A stretch of DNA of 64,000 nt, taken from Terriglobia bacterium (GTDB taxonomy: Bacteria > Acidobacteriota > Polarisedimenticolia > Polarisedimenticolales > JAIQFR01). A program made the position numbers and the translations under genes. The stretch lies in assembly GCA_963748015.1 (NCBI GenBank), contig CAVVHE010000005.1:96001-160000 (forward strand), written 5' to 3'. Under the pieces are notes generated by a model. The model was given only the letters and a program-made list of their open reading frames with translations, was not told where the DNA came from and searched no databases. Shown here in pieces: positions 36,496 through 52,276 of the stretch (its first letter is position 1; every line of letters starts with the position of its first letter).

Positions 36496-36617
36496 CCGGC
36501 AGGATAGGCTTGAATGGGGGTGGATTTCAACCAGTGCGCATGAGTGCGCATGAGTGCCAGATGCCACTCATCGGCTTTTGGTTTGAAGTCCGCCGCGGGT
36601 CGCGGTTAAATCCGCGC

Positions 36618-37664
36618 GTGCCGGATCGATTGTTCATTCCCACCGCGCCCCTGCTGGAGGCGACGGGTAACGCTCAGCAAGACCTACACGCCCGGGCAGC
36701 GGCGACCGCCCAAGCCCGCTTTGGTCGGCGTGTCTTCGTGCGTGCGGTTGTGGAGGCGTCCAACTACTGCCGTCAGAACTGCGATTATTGCGGGATGCGT
36801 CGCGACCACCGCAGCCTGTCGCGGTTTCGGGCCAAAGTCGACCAACTGGCCGACCTCCTGATCCACCAGCGCCCCGACAGCGTGACGGATGTCAACATCC
36901 AGACCGGCGAGGATCCGCTAGCAGCGAGAGAGGTGGTGTTGCCGCTGGTGCAAGTGTTGCGCCGGGAAACCCCGCTGGGCATCAGCGTCTGTCTGGGCAG
37001 CCTGGGGCCGGCCCTCTATGCACAACTGCAGGAAGCGGGTGCGACCACTTATATCCTGAAGTTCGAGATGGCCGGACCAGGCCGCTATGAACGTTTCCAC
37101 GCGCCCGGCACTCTGGCCAGCCGCATCCGCCACATCCGGCTGCTGGCGGACGCGGGATGGAACGTCAGTTCCGGTTTCATCGCCGGCCTCCCCGGCCAGA
37201 CAACCGCCGACCTGCTCACCAACCTGGCCCTGGCCAAAACCCTGCCGCTGGTCGGGTGCAGCGTGAGTCCATTCATTCCCGGCGACGAAACGCCGCTCAA
37301 AGAGGCCCCCGGCGCGGATATCAATCAAACCCTCAACTGCATGGCCGCCATGCGCCTCATGCGACCGGACTGGGTGATTCCCTCGGTCAGCGCCCTGAAT
37401 CTCGCGCAACCGGTCGAAGGGTATCGTCGGGGACTGCGAACCGGAGCCAACCTGGTCACCATCAACCTGACGCCCTCCGAAATCCGGGGGAACTATCTTC
37501 TCTACAAGCGGGATCGCTTCATCATGACCGAGGAACGCATCCTGAATGCGATTGAGACAGAAGGCCTCACCCCCTCCAGGCAGAGCCTCGCCGATCACCT
37601 CCAATCCCAACGGGAAGCGTCCCCAACCTCCGGTGTCCCGGAACCGGTCGCGGCTCCCGCGTAG
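36618..37664 (+). CDS. Radical SAM enzyme, BioB/HydE/PylB-like
   Basis: EASNYCRQNCDYCGMRRD (CxxxCxxC), IQTGED, SGFIAGLPGQT, GANLVTINLTP. Confidence 0.88.
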   Translation: MPDRLFIPTAPLLEATGNAQQDLHARAAATAQARFGRRVFVRAVVEASNYCRQNCDYCGMRRDHRSLSRFRAKVDQLADLLIHQRPDSVTDVNIQTGEDPLAAREVVLPLVQVLRRETPLGISVCLGSLGPALYAQLQEAGATTYILKFEMAGPGRYERFHAPGTLASRIRHIRLLADAGWNVSSGFIAGLPGQTTADLLTNLALAKTLPLVGCSVSPFIPGDETPLKEAPGADINQTLNCMAAMRLMRPDWVIPSVSALNLAQPVEGYRRGLRTGANLVTINLTPSEIRGNYLLYKRDRFIMTEERILNAIETEGLTPSRQSLADHLQSQREASPTSGVPEPVAAPA

Positions 37665-38093
37665 ACGGATTCCTCAAAGTCACTTTCGTGCAGGCAGGAC
37701 ATTGCCGTGCCCAGCCTGGGTGTTGACACAGCGACGCCCTGCAGAATCTGAAACCGTTCAGGAAAAGGAAGACAGACGCCTCGTCGCGCCAAGGGTAGCG
37801 GAGCGCCGGCGTTCGGTGCCATGGGGGGCGTGTCTGCAGCGAATCTTCAGGGGGTGCAAAAGTGAACTCTTGTTGGCCCGCGTTCGCGAGTCGCCGAGGG
37901 CGCAGGCAAGCCTTTCGTATCTTCAGCTTGCGAGTTGTCCGGCACCACAACCCGTTTGGCCCCATGGCGCTGGAGGCCACAAAGAATAGTGGTTTTTGCG
38001 GGAGAATCCCGATTGTGCCGGGAGCCTGGTTTCCGTATCTTTGGGGCAGCTTTTGGAGGCCGTGAAACCGGCCTCTGATTTTCGCATCAAATT

Positions 38094-43308
<5,215 letters not shown>

Positions 43309-43385
43309 GGTCAGAAGGCAGAGTGCGCAAGGCAGAAGTCTGAATGCGAAGGTCGACGTCCCAAGAAGGTTAGTGTGTTCCACCT

Positions 43386-43426
43386 TTGGAGTGCGCCGGC
43401 ACAACACAGCGCCGACGCCGCTTTCG
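43386..43426. repeat. REP-like element after gyrA, preceded by heptamers at 43308-43350
   Basis: ttggagtgcgccggcac..gcgccgacgccgctttc. Confidence 0.5.
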
Positions 43427-43510
43427 AGGTGTTGAGGGGCCGCTCGAAACCCATGTGTCGAACGCTGCCGCGTCCTCTGCTCCGCCGTCCGCCGAGCCTG
43501 GCCCCTGGGC

Positions 43511-44062
43511 TCACAGCGTGGGCTCGGTGCGAATGATCTGATCCAAGGTGCCGGTGAACTTGTTCGCGCGCGAGGTGCACCATTCCACGAGGTCAGGAAT
43601 CCCGTGGGACGGACGATCCGGCAGGTGCTTCAAGTAATCCATCCCCGCTCGCAGGGCCACGCGGTGCAGGTGCATGTCGCGTGAAGATGGGCCGCTTGCC
43701 CTCGCCTCGAACTCTGGTGAGAACAAGCCTACCAAGGCACCTTCGTGTTGCTGCCGCAGGTCCACCAACCGCTCGGTCCATTCGACAAACGCCGGGTCAA
43801 ATTCGCCCTCCGCGGCCGCCGCCACGACAACAACATCCGCGGCGGCTGCCTTCGCGGCAGCCTCCTTGGAGATTTGTTGCTCCCTGAGTTCGTCAAATGG
43901 CCATTGGAGAAACTCGATGTCCAGTTCAGCCCACAGCTTCGCCATCAGGTGATTGCACAACGCACGGGCATGCGCGAGGGCCTCGTCAGATTCATGCAGG
44001 ATGACCATGGTGCAACGATCAACTTGCGATCCTGTGTTGTTTGAACATTCATCCACTATCAT
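43511..44062 (-). CDS. Hypothetical protein
   Basis: 183-aa ORF with globular composition (AAAADVVVVA, GALVGL, AGMDYL). Confidence 0.6.
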   Translation of the reverse strand: MIVDECSNNTGSQVDRCTMVILHESDEALAHARALCNHLMAKLWAELDIEFLQWPFDELREQQISKEAAAKAAAADVVVVAAAAEGEFDPAFVEWTERLVDLRQQHEGALVGLFSPEFEARASGPSSRDMHLHRVALRAGMDYLKHLPDRPSHGIPDLVEWCTSRANKFTGTLDQIIRTEPTL

Positions 44063-44197
44063 GTCTAAGCTCCGGTTAGGTCCCGATCAGACGTTCTGAC
44101 CGGTGATCACCGCACGTTCGCACTTGAAATGGAAAAATCAAACGGAGCAATCGCGGGTGCGGTGATTCGATCGATTCTCCAAAGAAATCCCCGCACA

Positions 44198-44249
44198 GGC
44201 AGGGCCGTGCTGGGCTCGGCTTGGGCGCCGACGCAGCGTCGCCCTACCA
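44198..44249. repeat. REP-like element
   Basis: ggcagggccg..gggcgccg..cgccctacc; related copy at 46896-46947. Confidence 0.6.
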
Positions 44250-44397
44250 TTACGAAAGTCACTTTCGGGAATGGGCTTAGGCATCCCCAGCCATTCCTGC
44301 AGTGTGCGGCCAGCCAGGGTGCTGACATGGAACGCCGGGCCTCTCCGGCTGAAGGCTGCGCATGGTCGGATTCTGATGAATGGATGCGCAGTCCGGG

Positions 44398-45102
44398 TTA
44401 CGGACTGAGCCGATGCAGGGTCCAGGAGTGGTCTGAACTGCGTCTGAACTCGAACCGGTCATGAAGCCGGCTTGCGCGCCCCTGCCAGAATTCAATCCTA
44501 TTGGGCGACAACAGGTAACCGCCCCAGAAAGGCGGCAGGGGGACGGGCTTGCCCGCATATTCGGCCTCAAGTCGTTGGAGAGCTGCCTCCAGTTGCTGGC
44601 GATTGCCCACTTCCGAGCTTTGGGCGGAGGCCCAGGCGCCGATCTGACTGCCGCGTGGCCTGGAATGGAAGTAGGCCTCCGATTCCTGACGTGGCAGACG
44701 AGTCACGCTGCCAGCGACGCAGACTTGGCGTTCCAGTTCGGGCCAATAGAAGACCAAGGCCGCGCTTGGGTTTTGCTCCAGCGCGCGTCCCTTGCGGCTT
44801 TGGTAGTTCGTGAAGAAGGTGAAGCCGCGTTCACTCACCCCTTTCAGCAGGACGGTGCGGGCGGAAGGACTCCCGTCCGGATCGGCGGTGGCCAACACCA
44901 TGGCGTTCGGCTCCAGTGGCTCGGCGCCCAGCAGTTGAGCGAAGGCCTTGTAAAGGCCAATGGCAAACCGGCGGAAGCGGCCTCCGTGGCGATGGCTTGC
45001 CTGATCATACCAGTGCTGGAACTGGGTGATGGGATCGGCATCCATGGCCCCCCGATCGAGGGTGCCGGCCTGATACTCGCGTCGTTCGTCCGCCAGTGAC
45101 AT
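44398..45102 (-). CDS. pdxH: Pyridoxine/pyridoxamine 5'-phosphate oxidase
   Basis: EPNAMVLAT, SARTVLLKG, FFTNYQSRKG, EFWQGRASRLHDR. Confidence 0.96.
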   Translation of the reverse strand: MSLADERREYQAGTLDRGAMDADPITQFQHWYDQASHRHGGRFRRFAIGLYKAFAQLLGAEPLEPNAMVLATADPDGSPSARTVLLKGVSERGFTFFTNYQSRKGRALEQNPSAALVFYWPELERQVCVAGSVTRLPRQESEAYFHSRPRGSQIGAWASAQSSEVGNRQQLEAALQRLEAEYAGKPVPLPPFWGGYLLSPNRIEFWQGRASRLHDRFEFRRSSDHSWTLHRLSP

Positions 45103-45113
45103 TGCTGAACTGG

Positions 45114-47159
45114 TTATAGCGTGAATTGCTTCTGCTGTCCAAGCTCCAGAAGACCCAACCGATAATCGTTGATTCGCCACTCCAGAAAGGCGGCGCATTT
45201 CGAGGGGGAACCCTTGTTTCGACGGGGCCAATAGACGCTGAAATCGTGTTGGAGGCGAAGGAGTTCACGAACTCCGGCGGCCGCCAATGTGCGCGCCTCC
45301 GCCAAACGGTTCCCAATCAGAGCCTGCTGCCACAGGAGGTAACGACACGATTCCCCGGCCATTCGTGCCGCCAGATCCAGTTCGCAGACCAGGATCCGGG
45401 CCGACATGCCGTGAGACACCGATTTCTTTAGCTGCGCCCGCGCCCGGACAACTGCCTTTTGGGCTGACCGAATACGCTGGGGCTGCAGTCGCGTATGATA
45501 CATGAGGCCGTTTCTGCAAAACAGTTCGCGTTGCTGTCGGGGAGGTGCGGCCAGTGTTGCGCCAAAGGGTGTGGCGTTCGGTTCAGTGTAACCGAAGTGA
45601 CGGTGAGCCCGCCCGAGGTTGAGAAGCGCCTTTGCAGCTTGGTTGGATGGATCGCGGAACACTTCACGCCCAAGCGTCGGCGCAAGCTGTTGCACATCAA
45701 AGGTCCGGCGGCACCAAGCCAGTCCGGCTCCCGCCAGGTAGGCTGGATAACTGACAGCCAGCGGCTGGGGATGGCCGCCGTCGCCCCAATCGGTGATCAG
45801 GTAACCCATTGCTCCGTAGCGATGACCAGCTTGGGCAGCCGCCGTCAGATTGGCCAGCGCGTTGTCGTTCCGTCCAATCAGGGTCTGCCAGGTGGATGTG
45901 CCGGGACAGACGCAGAAGGGGATCCCAGCCCGGGCGAATAATCGGGCTTCCGAGTCAAAGGGATGGTCCGCCTCATAGCCCCAGTTCAGCGCGATGAGAT
46001 CCTTCGGCAGGCGGTGGATCAACCTTGGATATTTCAGGATGATGTCACCCCAGAACATCATTCGCCTCCCGCGCCGCTGAACCTCACGATGGACTTTCAA
46101 CAGAAAGTCCAGATACACGCGGCCCTGACCGCGGCGACGGCACAGCGAACGGGATTGCCCCCGGCCCAGATCCCACGTTTCGTCGCAACCCACATTGAAG
46201 AATCGGCTGCTGAAGTGAGGCAACAGCTCATCGTAGAGCCCCCGCAGGAACGGCAGAGTGCCCGGATGGTTTGGGGCGAGTGTGGAAGGGCGACGAACGA
46301 AGCTTCCGTCCGGGCTTGGGTAAGGTTCCCGGACCTCTGCCATGTGCCGCAGGCTTTTGTGTTCCAGGAAGTAGCGAAGGTGTCCAAACGAATTCTGGTT
46401 GGGCACCAAATCAATGCCCAACGCTCGACAGTGGGCATCCAGCTTTCGCAGTTCGGTTCCTGTGAGCGCCCCCCAATCCCGCCACACTTCGCGATAGTGG
46501 CGATACGCAAACGTGTGTTCAACGTAGAGTTGAAGTTCGTTGATCTTGAATCCGGCCAGATCCGTGGCGAGTTGCTTAAGGGTGTCAAGGGACGGCACGC
46601 GTCCCCGCGATACGTCCAACATCACGCCGCGACGTGCAAAGTCCGGCCAGTCGCGGATGCTCAGGCGCGGCAGGCGACGACCGTATTGCCGTAGCAATTG
46701 GCAGAGGGTGGCCACGCCCGCTCGCAGGCCCGGCAGCGCTCTGTAATCTATGCGAATGCCCCCCGGCTGAATCGTCAACCGGTAGGCTTCCAGCGATGCT
46801 GTTGCCGCCCAGGCAGCTTGGCGGTCTTCTCGACGAAAGGAGACAAGTGTCAGTAAGGATGGGCTCTTGCCGGTTGAATTACCCATGACCCCACGGGTAG
46901 GGCCGCGCTCTGCGCAGCCTGGGCGCCGGAGCGTCGGCGCCCCACCACGTTCATGGCCCCAACGTGCGATCTCGACGTTGTGAGGGGAGGCAACGAATCG
47001 CACCGTCGATAGCGCGCTGTTCAGATGCCGTATGAGCTGCTTCCAGTCCGCGGAAGGCAGGCTGGGGTCAGATTCTAAGGCAACTCGATCCGGAAGCTGA
47101 CAGACCCCGCCACTAAGTCTGAGATGGCGGGGGTAGGGGAGGAGTTGCGGTGTTGGCAT
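45114..47159 (-). CDS. GH20-like beta-N-acetylhexosaminidase
   Basis: IRDWPDFARRGVMLDVSR, NSFGH, NVGCDET. Confidence 0.85.
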   Translation of the reverse strand: MPTPQLLPYPRHLRLSGGVCQLPDRVALESDPSLPSADWKQLIRHLNSALSTVRFVASPHNVEIARWGHERGGAPTLRRPGCAERGPTRGVMGNSTGKSPSLLTLVSFRREDRQAAWAATASLEAYRLTIQPGGIRIDYRALPGLRAGVATLCQLLRQYGRRLPRLSIRDWPDFARRGVMLDVSRGRVPSLDTLKQLATDLAGFKINELQLYVEHTFAYRHYREVWRDWGALTGTELRKLDAHCRALGIDLVPNQNSFGHLRYFLEHKSLRHMAEVREPYPSPDGSFVRRPSTLAPNHPGTLPFLRGLYDELLPHFSSRFFNVGCDETWDLGRGQSRSLCRRRGQGRVYLDFLLKVHREVQRRGRRMMFWGDIILKYPRLIHRLPKDLIALNWGYEADHPFDSEARLFARAGIPFCVCPGTSTWQTLIGRNDNALANLTAAAQAGHRYGAMGYLITDWGDGGHPQPLAVSYPAYLAGAGLAWCRRTFDVQQLAPTLGREVFRDPSNQAAKALLNLGRAHRHFGYTEPNATPFGATLAAPPRQQRELFCRNGLMYHTRLQPQRIRSAQKAVVRARAQLKKSVSHGMSARILVCELDLAARMAGESCRYLLWQQALIGNRLAEARTLAAAGVRELLRLQHDFSVYWPRRNKGSPSKCAAFLEWRINDYRLGLLELGQQKQFTL
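46896..46947. repeat. GTAG-type REP-like element in frame within the GH20 gene
   Basis: ggtagggccg..gggcgccgg..ggcgccccacc; encodes GGAPTLRRPGCAERGPT. Confidence 0.6.
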
Positions 47160-47197
47160 GCCTCGTGGCACCGGCGGCCTGCCCTCGGCCTACTCGT

Positions 47198-47746
47198 TCA
47201 GGCCGAGATCATGCCCGACTTGCGGGCGTAGTTGAACAACCCACCGGCGTCCACCACCGGACGCACATCGCCCAAGGGTTTGAAGGTGTAGGCATTGCCT
47301 GTTTGCTTCACCGTCACCGTGCAGGCATCCAAGTCCACCGTCACCACATCCCCGGTCTTCAACACGTCGCAAAGCCGGTCCGTGCATTCACAGGGATACA
47401 GTTCCCCGGTCGAGACACAGTTGCGGAAGAAAATGCGGGCGAAACTCTCCGCCAACACCACCCGGCATCGGGCCGATCCCAGGGCGATCGGCGCGTGCTC
47501 CCGCGAGCTGCCGCAACCGAAATTCCGGCCGGCGACCACGATGGGATACTCGCTGTCCAACTGGCCCTCCCGCACGTAGCGCATGGGGTAACTTGAGTCG
47601 GGCAAGCCCCACAGGGCATAGCTGCCGAGCTTCTCGTACTCCTCGGGAATCGTGGGCACGAGGTTGAGGAACTGTGCCGGGATGATTTGGTCCGTGTCGA
47701 TGTTGTCTTTGACCACGTAGACGGGACCTGTAAAAACCGATTGCAT
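47198..47746 (-). CDS. leuD: 3-isopropylmalate dehydratase small subunit
   Basis: DNIDTDQIIPA, NFGCGSSREHA, SFARIFFRN. Confidence 0.93.
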   Translation of the reverse strand: MQSVFTGPVYVVKDNIDTDQIIPAQFLNLVPTIPEEYEKLGSYALWGLPDSSYPMRYVREGQLDSEYPIVVAGRNFGCGSSREHAPIALGSARCRVVLAESFARIFFRNCVSTGELYPCECTDRLCDVLKTGDVVTVDLDACTVTVKQTGNAYTFKPLGDVRPVVDAGGLFNYARKSGMISA

Positions 47747-47903
47747 GCCAGCATACTGGCCTTGGCTACGCCCTGAATCAACGCCAATTCGTTCAGCGCG
47801 CGGACGCCGTATCCGGGCTTTTGAGGGCTTTTGAGGGTTGCGCGAGGGAAGGTCCCCGACTATTGTTTGCCCCCTGAATCAACCTGGAGCGACGCAACAC
47901 ATT

Positions 47904-49196
47904 ATGGCTGAAACCGCTGAATTGAAAATTGGAGGCGAGACCTACACACTGCCGGTGATCGAGGGTTCCGAGAAGGAGCGCGCCATTGACATCTCCAAGC
48001 TGCGCGCGGAAAGCGGTTGCATCACCCTCGATGACGGCTATGGCAATACTGGCTCCTGCAAGAGCAGCATCACCTTCATTGACGGGGAAAAGGGGATTCT
48101 GCGTTATCGCGGGTACTCGATCGAGGAGTTGGCGGTCAAATCGACCTTCATCGAGGTGGCGCACCTGCTGATCTGGGGCAACCTGCCTACCAGCGTGGAG
48201 TTGCAGCGGTTCTCGAACATGCTCACCGAGAACTCGATGATCCACGAGGACATGAAGTTCCATTTCGAGGGGTTCCCGCGCAGCGCGCATCCCATGGCCA
48301 TCCTCTCCTCGATGATCAACGCGTCGAGCTGCTTTCACCCGGAACTGCTCAGCACCAAGTTTGGGAAGGAAAACCTCTTTCAGCAGGCGGCCAGCCTGCT
48401 GTCCCAGGTCCGCACCATCGCCGCATTCGCCTACCGCAAGTCGCGCGGGCTGCCCATCATTTATCCCAAGCTGGAATACAAGTACACCGCCAATTTCCTG
48501 CACATGATGTTCTCACATCCCTACCGGGACTTTCCCCTGGATCCCGAGGCGGTGCGGGCACTGGACCTGATCTTCCTGCTGCACGCCGATCATGAACAGA
48601 ACTGCTCCACGGCTACCGTCCGCATGGTGGCGTCCAGCAAGGCCAATCTCTTCGCCAGCGCGGCGGCCGGCGTCTGCGCCCTCTGGGGCCCCCTGCACGG
48701 CGGCGCCAACCAGGCCGTGCTTGAGATGCTCGATGCCATTCACCGCGATGGCGACGATGGCTCCCGATTCATCGAAGCGGCCAAGGACAAGAACAGCGGC
48801 AAGAAGCTGATGGGCTTCGGCCACCGCGTTTACAAGAACTACGATCCCCGGGCCAAGATCATCAAGAAGGCTTGCGACGAAGTGCTGGCCAAGCTGAACA
48901 AGGCGGACCCCCTGCTGGACATCGCCAAGAAGCTTGAGGAAACCGCCCTCAAGGAAGATTACTTCATCGAGCGCAACCTTTATCCGAACGTGGATTTCTA
49001 CAGCGGAATCATCATGCGCGCGCTGGGCATCCCCGTGGAAATGTTCACCGTCATCTTCGCCATCGGACGCATGCCCGGCTGGATCGCCAACTTCAAGGAA
49101 GTGGCCGAGGATCCCAAGGGCCGGATCTACCGTCCTCGCCAGATCTACACCGGCCAAACCCTGCGATCATACCTGCCCATCAAGGATCGAGGGTAG
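47904..49196 (+). CDS. gltA: Citrate synthase
   Basis: [36 protein letters not shown]. Confidence 0.97.
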   Translation: MAETAELKIGGETYTLPVIEGSEKERAIDISKLRAESGCITLDDGYGNTGSCKSSITFIDGEKGILRYRGYSIEELAVKSTFIEVAHLLIWGNLPTSVELQRFSNMLTENSMIHEDMKFHFEGFPRSAHPMAILSSMINASSCFHPELLSTKFGKENLFQQAASLLSQVRTIAAFAYRKSRGLPIIYPKLEYKYTANFLHMMFSHPYRDFPLDPEAVRALDLIFLLHADHEQNCSTATVRMVASSKANLFASAAAGVCALWGPLHGGANQAVLEMLDAIHRDGDDGSRFIEAAKDKNSGKKLMGFGHRVYKNYDPRAKIIKKACDEVLAKLNKADPLLDIAKKLEETALKEDYFIERNLYPNVDFYSGIIMRALGIPVEMFTVIFAIGRMPGWIANFKEVAEDPKGRIYRPRQIYTGQTLRSYLPIKDRG

Positions 49197-49309
49197 GCTT
49201 ATGATCCGGATAGACACGCCCATCCTCACATCGGCAGCCCGTCGCGGCCATTGATCGATGATTCGTTCATGATTCGGCGGGGGCGCGGTTAAACGTTGGT
49301 CCTAGACGC

Positions 49310-49338
49310 TTGACGGTCAGCGATTCGTTTCATAAAGT
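49310..49338 (+). promoter_or_regulatory. Sigma70-like promoter of tRNA-Asp
   Basis: ttgacg-17 bp-taaagt. Confidence 0.6.
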
Positions 49339-49352
49339 TACAGCCCCATTGC

Positions 49353-49429
49353 GGGGGCGTAGCTCAATTGGTTAGAGCGCTGCCCTGTCACGGCAGAGGT
49401 TGCGGGTTCGAGCCCCGTCGCTCCCGCCA
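49353..49429 (+). tRNA. tRNA-Asp(GTC)
   Basis: Cloverleaf with ctgcc-ctGTCac-ggcag anticodon arm, TTCGA T-loop, CCA end. Confidence 0.97.
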
Positions 49430-49643
49430 TTTTTACTCGGGAATCGTAGAGCTCTTATACTTCCTGACAACCCCCTGACAAAATCAGGTCAGGAAGGGGG
49501 GCTGTTCTTCGGACGATGGGACAGCTTCCCGGCTATGAGCGCTCCTCGAATCGGAACATAGCTCGCCTACGTCAGACTGAACATCCAACCACCTTGCCCG
49601 TCGCGTGGCTCTGTCGCGGTCAACAACACGTCGTTTGACCCGT

Positions 49644-50492
49644 TTACGAACCCTCTACGCCCCGTACCAGGTAACTGCCGGATTTCTGGTCCGGTTCCAG
49701 TTTCAACAATCCCCTCTTTTGAGCCTCGATCAGCAGTTCATTGAAGCTCCGAAAGCCGTAGGCGCGTTCGTTGAAGCCGGGGTTTCGCCTCCTGATCGCC
49801 TGCTTGATCATGGAAGCCCAGACGGGTTCGTCCGGGCCGCGTTCCTCGGCCAGCGCTTCCAGGGTTTTCTCCACTTCGTCAAACGCCTCCTTCGGCAACA
49901 GCAACTGGGGTTGGCCAATGACGGGCTTGCGGGTCGGCTCGGAAGGATGTGCGGCCTCGCCCGCACTTGTCCGGGCGGAGACCACCTTGGCTGGCACGGG
50001 TTTCCTCGGCACTTGCGCCCGCACCAGATCGTCGTAGTAAAGAAACTCGTCGCAGTTGTTGATGAAGAGGTCGGCAGTCGAGTTCTTCACCCCCATGCCG
50101 ATCACGGTCTTGGCGTTCTCGCGCAGCTTGCTGACCAACGGAGAAAAGTCCGAGTCGCCGCTGATGATGACGAAGGTGTCCACGTGACTCTTCGTGTAGC
50201 AGAGGTCCAGGGCGTCCACGACCATTCGAATGTCCGCGGAATTCTTGCCGGACTGCCGCAAGTGGGGAATCTCGATCAACTCGAAGGCCGCCTCGTGTAG
50301 GTCGCGCTTGAACTCCTTGTAACGGTCGAAATCGCAATAGGCCTTCTTCACCACGATGTGGCCCTTGAGAAGCAGCCGATCGAGGATCCTCTGGATGTCG
50401 AGCCGCGGATACTTCGCGTCGCGTGCGCCGAGGGCGATGTTTTCAAGGTCGAGAAATACGGCCATCGTAGCGTCAGAAGTGGAAGCGTTCAT
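49644..50492 (-). CDS. NYN domain protein with C-terminal OST-HTH/LOTUS domain
   Basis: AVFLDLEN, KNSADI, SGDSDF, FNERAYGFRSF. Confidence 0.9.
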   Translation of the reverse strand: MNASTSDATMAVFLDLENIALGARDAKYPRLDIQRILDRLLLKGHIVVKKAYCDFDRYKEFKRDLHEAAFELIEIPHLRQSGKNSADIRMVVDALDLCYTKSHVDTFVIISGDSDFSPLVSKLRENAKTVIGMGVKNSTADLFINNCDEFLYYDDLVRAQVPRKPVPAKVVSARTSAGEAAHPSEPTRKPVIGQPQLLLPKEAFDEVEKTLEALAEERGPDEPVWASMIKQAIRRRNPGFNERAYGFRSFNELLIEAQKRGLLKLEPDQKSGSYLVRGVEGS

Positions 50493-50503
50493 ACGGAAAT
50501 ATA

Positions 50504-52276
50504 TTATACCGGCTCGGCGATCAAGTCGTAGTCGGTGTGCCCGATCACCCGGACACTGGCGAATTGGCCGACGGGGACCTGGCCTCGGATGTAGACCCGG
50601 CCGTCGATGTCCGGGGCGTCCGCTTCGCCGCGGGCGACGTGGTAGCGGCCCTTGAGTGGGGACACGTGATCATCGTTGGTGCGGTTCAGTCCGTGTTCCC
50701 GGGAGGACAGTCTGGCCGTCTGGAGCTGTTTGGCCGTCGCCTCGCCTTCTACCAGCACTCGGATTGTGCGGCCGACAAAGGATTGGGCGACTTGCACCGC
50801 CACCTTGTGTTGCACCGCCATGGCCTCCTGTCGGCGACGCTGCTTCTCCTTGGCAGCAACCTGTCCCGCCATCGAGCCGGCGCGGGTTCCGTCCTCCTTC
50901 GAGTAGGTGAACACGCCCAGTCGTTCGAACCGTGTCTGGCGGATGAACTCCAGCAGCGATTCAAAGCTCGCCCGGGTTTCGCCCGGGAATCCGACAATGA
51001 ATGTGGTGCGCAACGCGATACCGGGCACCCCGGAGCGGATTCGTCCCAGCAGATCCTGAATGTAGGCACGCGAGGTTTCGCGGCGCATCCGTTCCAGCAT
51101 GTTGTCGTGAATGTGTTGCAGTGGAATGTCCACGTAACGCGCCACCTTGCGGCATGCCGCCATGGTCTCGATCAACTCGTCTGTCCAATGCGCCGGATGC
51201 GTGTAGAGGATCCGGATCCAGAACTCCCCGCGCAGGGCGTCCAACTCGCGCAACAAGCTGCAAAGCGTGGTGGCATCGGACGCCAGGGACCGGGTCGCCG
51301 TCCCGAACCGTTCCGGCGACGAGATGGCCCGGCTGTGGTTCGACCGCAGGTCGAGTCCGTAGTAGGTGGAATCCTGGGAGATCAGGTTGATTTCCTTCAC
51401 GCCCTCCCGGAGAAGCTGTTTTACCTCACGCACCACATCCGCCTGCGGACGGCTGCGGTGCGAGCCGCGCATGCGGGGAATGATGCAGAAGCTGCACGGG
51501 TGATTGCAGCCCTCTGCAATTTTCACGTAGGCGAAGTGCCGCGGCGTCAGCCGAAACCGTGGCGTCGCGTAGTCGGGAATGTAAGTCGGACGCGCCTCCA
51601 CCTGCACCAGATCCGGCTCCTGAGCTCTCCCCCACTTCTTCTGCCCCTGCTGTCCCTCCTGATTCAAACCGCTATCGGGCCGATCCGTGTCACGTGCTGT
51701 GTGGTGCCTCAATGGGGAGACGACCGTCCTGGTGTTCCCGAACCCTGTCGTGCCTCGAAGGCCATTTTGCCTTTCATGATCTGCAGGAGCCTTCATGGCA
51801 TCCAGTTCCGCCAGCGCCTCCGCGATCACCGGCTTTAGCCGCCTCGGACTTCGGGCTTCGGACTTCGGACTTAACACCTTCCCCTGCCTCCGAGCCAGCG
51901 CCTCCCGGACAATCCGGCCCGCCTCTGCCACCTGGTCGATACCCATAAACGCGTCCACTTCGGGAAACAAGGCGGGCAACTGGTCGCGGAACCGCTGGCT
52001 CAGGCAGCCGGACACCACCAGCCCCTGTCCTTGGTTCTGAGTTTCGCGAACCTCGGCGGATTCCAGGATGGTGTCCACGCTTTCCTCTTGGGCGGCGTCG
52101 ATGAAGGAGCAGGTATTGACGATCACCACGTCGGCCTGCCGTGGGTCAGCGGTGATTTCCATGTCGTCCTGGAGCAGGGCGCCCAGCATGATCTCGGCGT
52201 CCACCAGGTTCTTGGCGCACCCGAGCGAGATCAGGCCCACGCGCAGCGCGCGTGGAGTCGATGGCGCTTTTCTCAT
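50504..52276 (-). CDS. rimO: Ribosomal protein S12 methylthiotransferase
   Basis: SLGCAKNLVD, NTCSFI, IAEGCNHPCSFCIIP, DAPDIDG; long inserted linker. Confidence 0.95.
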   Translation of the reverse strand: MRKAPSTPRALRVGLISLGCAKNLVDAEIMLGALLQDDMEITADPRQADVVIVNTCSFIDAAQEESVDTILESAEVRETQNQGQGLVVSGCLSQRFRDQLPALFPEVDAFMGIDQVAEAGRIVREALARRQGKVLSPKSEARSPRRLKPVIAEALAELDAMKAPADHERQNGLRGTTGFGNTRTVVSPLRHHTARDTDRPDSGLNQEGQQGQKKWGRAQEPDLVQVEARPTYIPDYATPRFRLTPRHFAYVKIAEGCNHPCSFCIIPRMRGSHRSRPQADVVREVKQLLREGVKEINLISQDSTYYGLDLRSNHSRAISSPERFGTATRSLASDATTLCSLLRELDALRGEFWIRILYTHPAHWTDELIETMAACRKVARYVDIPLQHIHDNMLERMRRETSRAYIQDLLGRIRSGVPGIALRTTFIVGFPGETRASFESLLEFIRQTRFERLGVFTYSKEDGTRAGSMAGQVAAKEKQRRRQEAMAVQHKVAVQVAQSFVGRTIRVLVEGEATAKQLQTARLSSREHGLNRTNDDHVSPLKGRYHVARGEADAPDIDGRVYIRGQVPVGQFASVRVIGHTDYDLIAEPV

